The notes under the pieces are model-generated. The model was not told the origin of the DNA, ran no database searches, and worked only from the letters and a program-made list of their open reading frames with translations. A stretch of 64,000 bases of DNA from Eledone cirrhosa. Lineage: Eukaryota. Location: the NCBI GenBank assembly GCA_964016885.1, contig OZ024754.1, positions 13,082,001 to 13,146,000 of the forward strand, written 5' to 3'. Below, piece by piece: positions 50,354 through 63,744 of the stretch (the stretch's first letter is position 1; each line of letters starts with the position of its first letter). A program made the translations under genes and the position numbers.

Positions 50354-53250
50354 GCTCGCAGTTTATGCAACAAGATATATCTGTAAAACTCCTACGTCAG
50401 AAGCATCGACCCTGACTTCATCACAGTCACGGAAACATGGGTACATGTGATGGGTTTTCAGCATTACTGGGTACAACCTTTTCCGCTAGGACCGCATTAA
50501 TCGCCGTGGTGGTGGTGTGATGGACTACGTTCGTTCACGTTTTTCGGTAATTCCTTGCGTTGATTTGAACGAATCACAAGTTCTTTTCTGTGACATACGT
50601 ATGACCATGTCAACACTTCTGCTTAATGTTGTTTATCGTCCCCCAAACTACCATCAGGACACACTGCTTTGCAATATCATCAGAGCTGCTGCCAGGAAAA
50701 TAGCCACTTATGTGTTTATTGCAGGTGACTTCAATCATCCTGAGATCATTTGGGAAACCTTTCGTTGGCCACAAAGTGCAAACGATTTCCTTGAGCTAGT
50801 GCTGGACTCAAACTGGTCACAAGTAGTCACCTCTCCAACAAGAGGTGACAACACTTTCGACCTGCTCTTCACCACTACTCCTGAAGTGGTTATCAGTTGT
50901 ACTACTGAGGAACCTCTAGGCGACTCTGATCATGCTATGATCATTGCCAATCTGGCACTTGCGGGCAGCAACAAAAACCAGAACCATCTGCAATCTGCTT
51001 GCTTTGATTGGAAGAAAGCAGATTGGAACTTCTACTGCATTGAGCTACAGCTCCCAAAATGGCATGAGTTCTATAACTCTAGAGATGTGAACACTATACT
51101 CCAGAGCATCATGGACTCAATATGGATAGCGTGTGCAGCATCAGTGCCACGTAAGCAGAAAAAAAACCACCCCAAAAGTGCAATTTGGGAAACTTCAGCG
51201 GTCCGACTTGCCAGGAAAGAACGTCGGAACGCTGAATGGGAATATAAACTGCAAAATTAGATGCCAACAGACAAAAGCGGAATAAATCTTCCAACCATCT
51301 CAAGCAAATGACAAAAAAAGGCAGTGCTTGAATTTGAACAGTGCATAGCAACCAATCCTGACAGTAAGGTGTTCTGGAAATATGTACATTCAAAGCAGAG
51401 ACCTCACTCTCCAGTTGGTCCTCTTCGCAATCCCCACACAAGCCAAATCCTTGACGATCCCAAAGAATGCGCAGAACTCATTGCTGAGTGCTATGCAAGT
51501 ATTTTTACTGTTGAAAACCAGAATGTACCATCTCCACCATCTCTAACATCAAATTCCATAACAACTATGGAATTTACACCTGCAATGCTTCGACGTCACC
51601 TTAAGAAAAAGCGCAACTATGCCTCCCCTGGTCTTGATGGTGTTACATACCTGCTTCTCAAACGTGGCGGGTACTTCCTTTTGCACCAGCTTTCTTTCTT
51701 CTTTCAATACTGTCTCAACAATGGTGCTACTCCGGAGTAGTGGAAAACTACCAGTGTCATTCCCCTGTTCAAAAAGAGCGACTGCACGTCACCGGTCAAC
51801 TATCGTCGAGTCAGTCGTACTAGCTGTATTGCCAAACTGATCGAATCCTGTGTCAGAGAAACACTTTGGAAATTCTGGAGCTCTCACAGCCTCATCCGCC
51901 CCTCGCAAATTGGATTTATCCCTAACTCCAGCTGTTGTGATCAGCTTATCGAGTTCCTTGAAGACATTACCCGGATCACTGACAGCGGCTGATGGGTGCA
52001 TGTTGTTTACCTTGACTTCGCTAAGGCTTTTAATTCTGTGCCACACAAAAGACTTATGGCGAAACTATCTGCAATGGGTGTGAAGGATGATCTTTTTAAC
52101 TAGTTGAAATCCTTCATTATCAGCCTAAAAGAGGTAGTCACGGTTCTAGGACAGCATTCTTCACCATATGAGATGTCATCTGGTGTACCACAGGGATCTG
52201 TTTTTGGTCCCCTTTTGTTTGTTGCATACATTAATGACATAGATGCCAACTTATAGAATGCCACAGTACTGAAATATGCAGATGATATCAAGCTGTACCT
52301 TGAAATCAAAAGGACAGATCCTGAAATCTATAACTCTTTCCTACAATCAGACCTGGACACAATGCAACAATGGATCTCAGACTGGCAACTGAAGCTGGCT
52401 GTGGACAAATGTACAACCATGCATTTTGGGAGGAAAAATCCAGCGTCCACATAATCCCTCCACAACACTGATATCAAGAAGTCCTCTTGTGAAAGTGACC
52501 TGGGCTTTACTGTCAGCAGCAATTTGCGTTGGACAAAGCACATCTCTAAAATTGTCAAGAAGGCCGAGGGTGTCTTGGCATCACTCAGCAAGACCTTTGT
52601 TAGCCGCTCTCCAGCCATCTATTTAAAACTGTATACAGCTATGGTACGACCACACTTGGAATTCGCATCATCAGTCTGGAACCCCTATCTTGCTCCGAAC
52701 ATTGACCTCCTGGAAACTGTTCAGAGACGTGCAACCAAGCGCATACCCCCCATCAGACACCTACCATACTCTGAACTCCTTGCTTCCCTGGGCATGGATT
52801 CATTGAAGCTCCGACGTCTGGCAATGGACTTGGTAAACACCCATAAACTTCTTAACCATCTCGCCAACAACAACCCTGAGCATCTTTTTTAATCTCCATG
52901 TGTCTAACACACGTAGACATGCCTACAAAGTCAGAAAACAGCACAGCTCCCATGACTTTCGGAAACATTTTTTCACGCTCAGAGTTGCTGAAGCATGGAA
53001 CAAACTGCCTGCGTCAGTTGTTAGCTGCCGAGACACTGCATCCTTTAAAACCCTCATGCTTCCAGAAATTCGCCAAAACTACACCTGATGTCCCCCTTCC
53101 ATACACATGCACACATGTGTATATCATGACTCATGCACTATTCATTTTCCTGGCGTTTGTACATTACCCTATGTACTATACATACACTTTTAATGAGTTG
53201 TAGTGCCCCTGAGCACTGTACACAATATTTTCATTATTATTATTTATTTA
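50351..53250 (+). mobile_element. decayed CR1-like LINE (ORF2 region and 3' UTR)
   Basis: EN motifs TVTETW, RRGGGV, VVYRPP, GDFNHP, SDH; RT motifs SPGLDG, YLDFAKAFNSV, GVPQGSV, KYADD; CR1-type C-terminus LYTAMVRPHLEF..VWNP, FFTLRVAEAWNKLP. Many stops, short ATT tail. Confidence 0.93.
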
Positions 53251-54173
53251 TATCGTGTGTGGGTGCACATATATATATATTATTATACAATACAATACAT
53301 ACCTATTTACCATTCGTATGCTTTAAAGTATATACATATTTAGACCTAGAAGAGAGAGAAAGGAGGAAGGGGAAGAGAAAGAGTGTCAAAAGAGCGGGAG
53401 AAAGAGGCAGAGAAAAGAAAGAAAGAAAAGATGAAAGGAAGGAAGGAACGAGGAAATTGAGCTGAATTTTAAAGACTATTGTAACTTGTTCACCTTTCGC
53501 TGGTGACGTTGTAACGTAAATTCAGTCAAGGAAAAAAAATAAAGAAAGAACATTGAAGAAAAAAAAAATCAGGACAAAAGACACCATGAAGCAAATTTAG
53601 AGCCAGAAAGGAAATCTCAAACCGAACTGAAAATGTTACCAAATAATTTCGTATCTATTTTTTCTCTTCTTTATTCATATAGTTTTCTCTGTTGTATATA
53701 TTACTATGTGGGCGCCATTTTCTATTATCATTTTGCACAAAATTGTGCATTAGGATGCTATGCTAGCCTTCTGTAGATTTTGTAGGATGTGGTGGAAATT
53801 ATGAGAGAAATATAGGAAGAAATTTAGGTATTTCTAGGGTGGACCATATTTTATAGATTGGAAATGGTCTATCGCAAAACTGTTCTTTTTTTCCCATTTA
53901 TTCGTAAATATTAATCGTTGTTCGACGCTTATAGATTTATATACCTAAAGCACATCTATACTCTACGTTTACATACACACATATATACATACATACATAC
54001 ATACATACATACATACATACATACATACATACATACATACATACATACATACACACATATATACATAGATACATACATACATATATACATACATACATAC
54101 ATACATACGTACATACATACATACATACATACATACATACATACATACATACATGCATATATATATATACATG

Positions 54174-54762
54174 GTGGCTGCCAACTCGTTTTCGAGTACG
54201 GCCACTACTTTATATCCATGTAGGAGAACCCCTACCGATGCGCTGAACGAGTGTGACTTTTTAGTACAGCCAGCGACTTGAAAACTCTGGTACAAACACT
54301 ACACCTGTGACAATTATTGACACATAGTGCTGGGCCCATGGTACCATGTGACGACAACAAGTGCAGAGAGATCTCCAGATACAAAGCAATGCCTGTGCCG
54401 TGAAGCTTTTATAGTGAGCAAAGGCACTGCACAAAGCCAGTCCCACTCTCTTAACCAAGATGATATTTACCAAAAAGAAGAACAAGTCAACATCATTGGG
54501 TACCATCAGAGTTGCAGGTGTTATATTAGAGTTTTCCTTCTCCCTGAATTCTGCCTTGACAAAGGCTAAGGGGTCATCTCTCCCGGTGATTTTGGATGGC
54601 CATTGACTCTTAAAAGCTCCTTTGTCCTTTGACAGGTTTTGTTTTTAGTCCTGCAGGATGTCCAAAGTCACCCTTCTCACCAAGAAACCTTGGTGGGGTT
54701 GCCAGTTTAGTCGCCAACGACCCGACCATGAGACAGGTTGTACTGGGATACATGTTACCATC
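54174..54762 (-). mobile_element. RTE-like LINE 5' UTR remnant, same family as 13247-13630
   Basis: Minus strand TGGTAACATGTATCCCAGT, CCTTAGCCTTT, GGAGAAGGAAAACTCT, GCACAGGCATTGC; lies within (CATA)n. Confidence 0.55.
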
Positions 54763-55077
54763 ATACATACATACATACATACATACATACATACATACAT
54801 ACATACATACATACATGCATACATACATACATACATACATACATACATACATACATACATACATACATACATACATACACAAAAGATCTCAATTTTAGGT
54901 AAGCATACACATTCATACGTAGATTCGTTATTGATATACATTCGTAAAAATATACATGCAGATATTTGCACAAATGTTACCCCCTAAGTCAATACATGCA
55001 TATGTATGCACACATCAAAGCTATATAAATATATTCGTGCAAGACAATATCACCAACAAATATATATATATATATAT

Positions 55078-55212
55078 GTATACTGTATGCTGTACATGAT
55101 AAATACTTAATTTATAAAGTATGTGTGTGTGGGTATATATATATATATATATATACCCACACACACATACTTTATAAATTAAGTATTTATCATGTACAGC
55201 ATTCAGTATACA
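55078..55212. repeat. palindrome centred on (TA)n
   Basis: ~55-bp arms with one mismatch. Confidence 0.85.
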
Positions 55213-55242
55213 CCCAACTGAACTTGTATCTTTATATATGTT

Positions 55243-55399
<157 letters not shown>

Positions 55400-55412
55400 A
55401 ACACATATATAG

Positions 55413-55468
<56 letters not shown>

Positions 55469-55476
55469 ACATATAT

Positions 55477-55516
<40 letters not shown>

Positions 55517-55544
55517 ATATATATATACATATATATATGTATAT

Positions 55545-55583
<39 letters not shown>

Positions 55584-55654
55584 GGTATACAGATATACAT
55601 ATATACATATATATATAGATGTATATATATATATACATATATATGTGTCTATAT

Positions 55655-55731
<77 letters not shown>

Positions 55732-56608
55732 CATAGAGAGAGAGATAAACACACATACACACACATATATATGTATCTATATATATATGTGCATATGGCT
55801 GAATGTGTGTGTATGTGTATTTTGCATGCATCGATAGATAGACAGATGTAAAATGAGCAGGATGAATTGTTTCGCGTTGAATAATAGGTCAGAGTTCACG
55901 AGAAAAAGAGATTTGGCAGATACCGTTCTTATTTTTAATTTCGAAAGCTGTTTTTTTTTTTTAATTCGATATGGTAAAGGCTTAACGTAGTGCCTCAAGA
56001 GAATTGTAAGCGAAAGATCAGCGTCAAAATCTGCTCCTATTCATGAACAGCCCTGCACAGAATACAGATTAGATTTATCTAAATTCTAGAAGAACATAGA
56101 ATCTGAAGTGTAGTAAGACACTCTTGGATAAATATCCATCTGATGGCGTCCTTAATAATGCTCCTTCTCTTTTTTGTCTGATTTCCAAACGGATCGATTC
56201 CCTATTGAACAGCAGTTCTTTAGAATATTGTCCATTAAGGCAATTTTCTAATATCTGCATGTATGTATGTATGTATGTATGTATGTATGTATGTATGTAT
56301 GTATATATGTATGTATGTGTGTATGTATGTATATATGTATGTGTGTGTACGTATGTTTGTATGTATGTATGTATGTATGTTTGTATGTATGTATATATGT
56401 ATGTATGTGTATGTATGTATGTATGTATGTACGTATGTGTGTATGTATGTATATATGTATGTATGTATGTGTGTATGTATGTTTGTATGTATATATGTAT
56501 GTTTGAATGTACGTATGTATGTAAGTATGTAAGTACGTAAGTATGTATGTATGTATGAATGAATGCGTGTATGAATGCATACGTGTATGCATATATACAT
56601 ATATTTAA

Positions 56609-56651
<43 letters not shown>

Positions 56652-56696
56652 TAAACAAATAATGAACAAACAATTCCTTATATTAAACAAAAAAAG

Positions 56697-56851
56697 TTCA
56701 CTATTTAACGATCGTTTCTAGGGCATATATGTGTTATAATTGGTATGCATATTTAACAGATCTATGTACAAAATTATACAAAATTATACAAATTATCAAG
56801 ATTAAATATACATACCTAACTCATATATACGCCGTCTTCAGAAATAATGAA
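56697..56851 (-). ncRNA. type I hammerhead with long stem II insertion (inverted pLTR copy)
   Basis: Reverse complement of 60583-60737. Confidence 0.65.
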
Positions 56852-57015
56852 GTATATTTATTGATAATAACAACAATTCAAAATGTCAGTTCAAAATTGA
56901 CCAATGAAAATACAAAGGGTAAAAAGCAGTTTGGTGTGTGTATATACATGCAAAAACCTTACACATATTTTACAATAATGTGTGTATAATTTGTATGTGT
57001 ATACTAAAAAGATAG

Positions 57016-57408
57016 ATAGGGAATTGTCTTGTTAACAACATAGTCTATAAATGTAATGTTAAAACTAAAGATTCTATTTGCTCATATATAGGAGCTACCT
57101 CTAACAATTTTAAGACAAGGTATAATACCCACAAACATAGCTTTAAAAATGCCGCACTGGCTAATACAACATCTCTAGCAGAAAAAATCAATAGTTATAA
57201 AAATAAAAATATAAAATATGATTTGACCTGGAGTGTGCTCAAAAGAGCCACCCCTTATCAAAATAATAGAAAGGAATGTAGATTATGTTCCCAAGAACTA
57301 TTTGAAATAATGAAGTCTAGGGATATCTTATTAAATAAAAGACAGGAATTAATTATATCGTGTAATCATAAACTAAAAAAAACATTTAAATATTATAAAC
57401 CTAATTAA
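57016..57408 (+). pseudogene. GIY-YIG endonuclease domain of the Penelope-like element (no start, no RT)
   Basis: Stop-free frame GNCLVNNIVYKCNV...SYIGATSNNFKTRYNTHKHSF...TSLA...LTWSVL...CRLCSQE...LLNKRQELIISCNH. Confidence 0.9.
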
Positions 57409-59201
57409 TAACATTATTCTAGAATTTAATTTAATTTAAATGTTAGTTAACCTATAAATTTAATTTAATTAATATTTTATTACAGATGAGAAAATATTAT
57501 GTAATCATAAATTTTGAAAAACCTTTAAATATTACTAATATATACTCAGTAATTTAATTTATAGATTAATTTTAATTTATTTTAACCTTTTACTATAATT
57601 TTTTTTATTATAATTCTTTTACAGATAAAATATAACAAAATAATATCATGTATCCTATGACGGAGAAAGAATTTTTAGTATTATAGACCTAATTAATATA
57701 CATTTTGCAAATATATTTATTATTTGGTTTTGGTTTTAATCAACCTAAAACTTTAATTTTAATTTGCTTAAAATTAGTATCCTTGTACAGACGAATTGCA
57801 GAATGTCATGTAATCATAGAATGGGATGTGTTTTGGATATATACCTAGTTAATATATTCTGTGCAATTTTTTGAAAAAGATATGTATATCTATATGTATA
57901 TGTATATGTGTGTATTGTATGTGTATCTATATGTATATTTATGTGACTATATATGTATGTATGTGTATATATATGTATATATATATATATATATATGTGT
58001 GTATATGTATATATATGTATATGTGTATGTATATGTATATGTATGCGTATTAATTTTGATTTTTATTTGCATATAATTATATTATGCTATTGATGAAATA
58101 CAATATCTGCTTTATGTATTGTATACCTAATTAACATATACTAATTAACGTATATTATTGAAATAAATATATAATTTTTAATTTAGTTAACATATAATTT
58201 ATATGCTACTACCGATGTAATACTTTATTTTATTTTTATTTGGGTTTCTTTTCCCTATTACTAAATTCATCTCCTAATATTGATACCATAACGTTATTAA
58301 CTTTAATTTAGTTATAATGTAATTAATAATCTACTACTGTTTGACTTCATAATTTTGCTTCAAATATTATAAACCTAACTAATCTACACCTTGGAAATCA
58401 ATATGTTGACTATCTTTGGTTTAGTTAACATATGATTAATGGTATACTTTTTTATTTTGGGATGCATAGATTTCGTATTTCCTAGCACTGAAAATATGTA
58501 AGAACATACATTGAATTAAGATACGGAAAATATTATATGTTTCTTGAAACATATATTTACTTTGATCCCCTTCTCCAAACCCCCCCTTTCCCCCATACTA
58601 TTATCATCTGTTTTTGTAAAAGTATATGTATGAATATATGTGTAGGTGTGTGTCTATATAGGTTTTGGTATTTATTTCTAAATATAAAAATACATATATG
58701 AGCATGTAAATATGAATGTAAGATTGAGTGTGTATATATGATTGTACATACATATGTATGTATATATATGTATATATATGTATTATATATGTATGTGTAA
58801 GTGAATGTGTGGTATGTATATGTGTATGTATATGTATATATGTGTGTGTATGTGTATGCTTGTATATAGGAATATATATATGTGTATATATGTATATATA
58901 TATATATGCGTGGTTGTATGTATGTGTATATGGGTTCTGTATATATTCGTATGTCTCTCTATTTATATGTTTATCTTCATATCTATGTGATATATGTGTG
59001 TGTGTGTGCATATATGCATATGTATGTGTTTGTGTGTGTTTGTATGTGTGTGTGTATATATATATATGTATTTGCGCACACTCACATACACATATATATA
59101 TATATGTATATGTGAGTGTGTATGTGTGTCTGTGTGTGTGTGTGTGTGTGTATGTGTATATATGTGTGTATATATGTGTATGTATGTATATGTATATATA
59201 T

Positions 59202-59239
<38 letters not shown>

Positions 59240-59715
59240 ATATGGGTATCTATGTGTGAATATATGTCTTTATTCGTATGTGTGTATTTATGTATGTATA
59301 TGTTTAGGTGTATGTATGTGTGTGTATGTATGTGTGTGTATATATATATATATATGTATATATGTATATGTGTGTATATATGTATATATATATATATATA
59401 TTATTCTTTATTATTATTGTAATATAACTTATGTGTATATGTGTATAAGTGAGGTTGTGTATGTATATATACTATGTGTATATATAAGAGTAATGAAATG
59501 TGTATATATATGTGTGTGTATATATGTGCATGTCTGTTTTTTATGTGTGTGTATATATATATGTGTGTATGTGTATATATGTGTATGTATATATATATAT
59601 ATGTGTACGTGTGTGTATGTGGATATATGTATATATATATATATATATACATGTGGGTGTTTGTATGTATATTTATGGTGGTATGAGTGTGGGGATATAT
59701 ATGTTTGTATATATA

Positions 59716-59746
<31 letters not shown>

Positions 59747-59767
59747 GAGTCTATGTGTGTGTGTATA

Positions 59768-59812
<45 letters not shown>

Positions 59813-60582
59813 ATGTGTCTATGTGTTGCGCGTGAGTGTGTGTGTATTTATATCTTTTTATATGTGTATGTGTATGTTCGTGTAAATGTATGTGTGTGTA
59901 TGACAGTATAGGTATGTGTGTATGTATGTATGTGTAGATATCTCTATGTGCGCGTACATGTATGTATGTGTATGTATATCTGTATGTGTATGTACATTTA
60001 TTATATTTTATTGTTTTTATTTTTATTTTTTTATTTTTATTTTTCTTAATTTATAGATACATTTATTTTAGGCTGTCTGGTCTGACAATCTAATACTGAC
60101 CCCTCCCCCCCCCTCCCACCTAATTTCTGTATCTTGATCTTGAAATGTGTGTACCAGTGTTTTTATGTGAGTGACTTAATTTCTATTTGCTTATGATTTT
60201 ATATCCACATATATAAATGTGAGTGGGGGAGTGTGTGTGTTTGTATGTCCGTGGTTATGTGTATATTTATGCATATACGCACATGTATGTGTGATTATAC
60301 TGATATGTGTGAGTATGAAAAAAATATATTTATATGCTTGACTCCATAAGTATCTTTGCGTATCTTATCAGCGCATTAAGCTTACAGAGATATTAACCTT
60401 GAAATTTTGTGTTTACATCCATCTTTTTAGTATACACATACAAATTATACACACATTATTGTAAAATATGTGTAAGGTTTTTGCATGTATATACACACAC
60501 CAAACTGCTTTTTACCCTTTGTATTTTCATTGGTCAATTTTGAACTGACATTTTGAATTGTTGTTATTATCAATAAATATAC

Positions 60583-60737
60583 TTCATTATTTCTGAAGAC
60601 GGCGTATATATGAGTTAGGTATGTATATTTAATCTTGATAATTTGTATAATTTTGTATAATTTTGTACATAGATCTGTTAAATATGCATACCAATTATAA
60701 CACATATATGCCCTAGAAACGATCGTTAAATAGTGAA
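60583..60737 (+). ncRNA. type I hammerhead with ~115-nt stem II domain
   Basis: TTCATTATTT-CTGAAGA-CGGCGTATAT...ATATATGCCCTA-GAA-ACGATCGT-T-AAATAGTGAA. 10-bp stem I, palindromic stem III, GUU site (GUA in the 3.5-kb copy). Confidence 0.7.
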
Positions 60738-60922
60738 CTTTTTTTGTTTAATATAAGGAATTGTTTGTTCATTATTTGTTTAATATTTTATCTTGACTCT
60801 GTATACCGTTTATCTTTCACCGAAAGTGGATTTTCATTACATCTCTTCTTTCCATGATATCCGAAATACATTGAGTTCTTCATACGGATTGGACACTACC
60901 GTAAACTCTTGGTAGATTTATC

Positions 60923-60972
<50 letters not shown>

Positions 60973-61061
60973 GCTTACATATATGCATGTATATAGACAC
61001 ATGCATGTGTATAAGTGTGTGTATATATATATACCTGACTAACTATCTATCTATCTCTCTA

Positions 61062-61165
<104 letters not shown>

Positions 61166-61542
61166 TATACACATATATATATATATGTATGTATGTATTT
61201 ATGTTTTACATGTTATTGCGCTGATGAATGTTTTATATTATTACATATAATATTTATGATTCCAAATTTCGCATTAGTTTTTCTGTTGATATCCAGAGAT
61301 TGTATATTTTTTATGCAATTTCTCTACGAAAGCGACATTCAGTATACTCTCTATCTCGAAGGCAATCAAAATGGCACTCAATTCTATACGGATTACGCTT
61401 AAGCTGGCCTGCGCTAGCTTACATACAAAGTCATATAAATATATATATATATATATGTATATATACATGCGTGTGTGTGTGTGTGTTTGTGCGCGCGTGT
61501 GTGTATGTATATATACACACACTCATGCACATTGACATCCTC

Positions 61543-61574
<32 letters not shown>

Positions 61575-61614
61575 ATTGTATGTGTATTGTGTGTGTGTGT
61601 GTGTGTGTGTGTGG

Positions 61615-61790
61615 AAAAGGTAAACGGAAATAACAAAGCAAACGACACAGTGCATGGAAGAAATGTATTAGTGTAACGCTTGAAATACCTGGAATACCGT
61701 CCTAACGTTTCGGTCACTAGTCCTTTATCAGACGACAGAGTTAGAACTAGAATTTAGATAAAAAGAAAAAAGTAAGGAGAGGAAGGGACG
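61615..61790 (-). mobile_element. TCAAGCGTTAACC family element with mutated hammerhead
   Basis: Minus strand CTGATAA-AGGACTAGTGACC-GAAACGTT; tail homologous to 8846-8920. Confidence 0.6.
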
Positions 61791-61937
61791 GTAAAAATGC
61801 GGAAAAATATGAGGAGAAAAACTATCATTCTTGTTGGGCTCTTGCTTTCTCTTTTCTTTCTCACTCTCTCTCTCTCTATATATATATATCCCTCTCTCTC
61901 TCTCTCTCTCTCTCTTCCTCTATTTCTCACACAGAAA

Positions 61938-62018
<81 letters not shown>

Positions 62019-62379
62019 GTGGTTACACAACAGTTAGTTCACCATACCGAGAACAATTGTTTCACCTTGGCGGATGCCCAGCTCGGAATGGGCATGGTTA
62101 TAGGAACAGGAAGGAGAACCGTACGAACACGCATGCGCAGAAACCCGCTCACTTCACACAGGCAATACTAGAATGCGTGCGAGAGGTGTAAGGGAGAAAA
62201 CTGCGAAAGTCCGAAAAGTTTCTAGTTGAAAATAAAATTACAAATAACATATTGCTTTATACTCCAATACAAAGTTCTATGCAAACTACAACACACACAC
62301 GTGTGTGCATATGTATATAATATATATATATATTTATTTATTTATATATATATATGTGTGTGTGTGTATATGTATTTTA

Positions 62380-62440
62380 GGTATCTAGTCTTTAATGCGC
62401 CGAAATACCAACGATAATCAGCAGACTACTAATGAGGACA
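62380..62440 (+). ncRNA. non-circularly permuted hammerhead-like RNA, copy C (core mutated to CTAATGA)
   Basis: GGTAT-C-TAGTCT ... CC-GAA-ATACC ... AGACTA-CTAATGA-GGACA. Confidence 0.65.
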
Positions 62441-62878
62441 TTTTATCTCTTGGTCTATTTTTATTCATATGTCCATGTTCGCAATAAGGCAGCACGCCAT
62501 TCTTCATTCACATATTTTTTCCCTTCGCTGTGGTTCATATTTTTTCTGTCACCTTACTGCTATCACCTTTTCTCTCTCCTTCACCTGTTGACTTCCTCAA
62601 CTCCCGCTGCTGGTCTGGTCACTCACTCTCGGCTGGCCCCTTCCTCACACTTTCACTCATCCCTTCTCTGCTTCTCCCCCTCTCTCTCACTTCCTCCCGT
62701 CTGACCTGCTTGAATTTCTTTCCTCTATCAATCTTCTCGCGGCTCGGGCGTATCTATTTCTCCTCGTCAATTTGATTTGTCAGACTTAAGCCCACAGGAT
62801 TCATTGACTTGTCTCTATTTTCCTCTCTTTGCTTTGCATTACTACCACGTGTTTGTTTCCTTCCCTCTGTGTTCCCAC

Positions 62879-62981
62879 TGTCCCGATAACTTAATTGAGT
62901 TATCGCTCGCACTGATTTTAGGTATCTAGTCTTTAATGCGTCGAAATACCAACGATAATCAGCAGACTACTGATGAGGACA
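62879..62981 (+). ncRNA. non-circularly permuted hammerhead-like RNA, copy D (most complete)
   Basis: TGTCC-hairpin(CGATAACT/AGTTATCG)-CGCA ... GGTAT-C-TAGTCT-TTAATGCGTC-GAA-ATACC ... AGACTA-CTGATGA-GGACA; AUC site. Confidence 0.78.
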
Positions 62982-63004
62982 TTTTATCTCTTGGTCTATT
63001 TTTA

Positions 63005-63080
<76 letters not shown>

Positions 63081-63097
63081 TTATATTTATATATATA

Positions 63098-63144
<47 letters not shown>

Positions 63145-63466
63145 CGGTGGGGAGCAGACAGAGAAAATTTACATACGCAAACATCCACACGAAATAGATT
63201 TCGAAAGAAAATATTTCATCCAGTTGTACATAAATTAGCGAATGTTGGGGAAAAAATGAAAGTTCTTTCAAAGACGACATTCTATAGAATTACGTTAATC
63301 CAAGAGAAAAAAGAACATTAATTAAAGTCAACACTATCAGATCTATAATAAGTAGCAACATGTACTATCACGACTAATTTACATTTTTTCCTGATTTAAT
63401 TAGCTTTTAATTTCTCTGAACTCTCATTCACTCTCATTCTCTCTTGATTCCCCTTCTCTCTCTCTC

Positions 63467-63525
<59 letters not shown>

Positions 63526-63744
63526 CTTATATCTTAGATACACAGAAAGAATTATATATTTATATATATATTCTATATAGCTGAGATTAATCTCTGTTGC
63601 TACTCGGAGTTTCGCGCATGACCGCTGATCACGCACCTGTTGTTAAGAGATGTCAACATGAATGGACTCGTTATTTTTATCTGAAGATATTTTTTTCCAA
63701 TTCCATCCCGCCCGTCCCCTCAATCTATTTTATTTCTCATTCTT

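Larger units (their letters stand above)
56643..60925 (+). mobile_element. 5'-truncated Penelope-like element with inverted 5' pLTR
   Basis: 56643-57013 is the reverse complement of 60421-60791. The GIY-YIG remnant follows directly, a hammerhead lies in the pLTR, the 3' tail runs to 60925 and (TA)n flanks both sides. Confidence 0.85.
62375..63010 (+). mobile_element. retrozyme/pLTR-like element with ~95-bp terminal direct repeats
   Basis: 62375-62469 is repeated at 62916-63010 (offset 541) around a pyrimidine-rich non-coding interior, with microsatellite flanks. Confidence 0.75.

Noticed and set aside
56075-56260. 61-aa non-repetitive minus-strand ORF
   Set aside because: Start lies at the edge of a TATG repeat and there is no recognisable motif
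61214-61277. Possible hammerhead TATTGCG-CTGATGA...CAAATTT-CGCATTA
   Set aside because: GAAA is absent (CAAA), stem II is poor and there is only one copy; at most a decayed remnant
62017-62225. GC-richer island with CGCATGCGCA as a promoter
   Set aside because: A single short motif with no linked gene or other support
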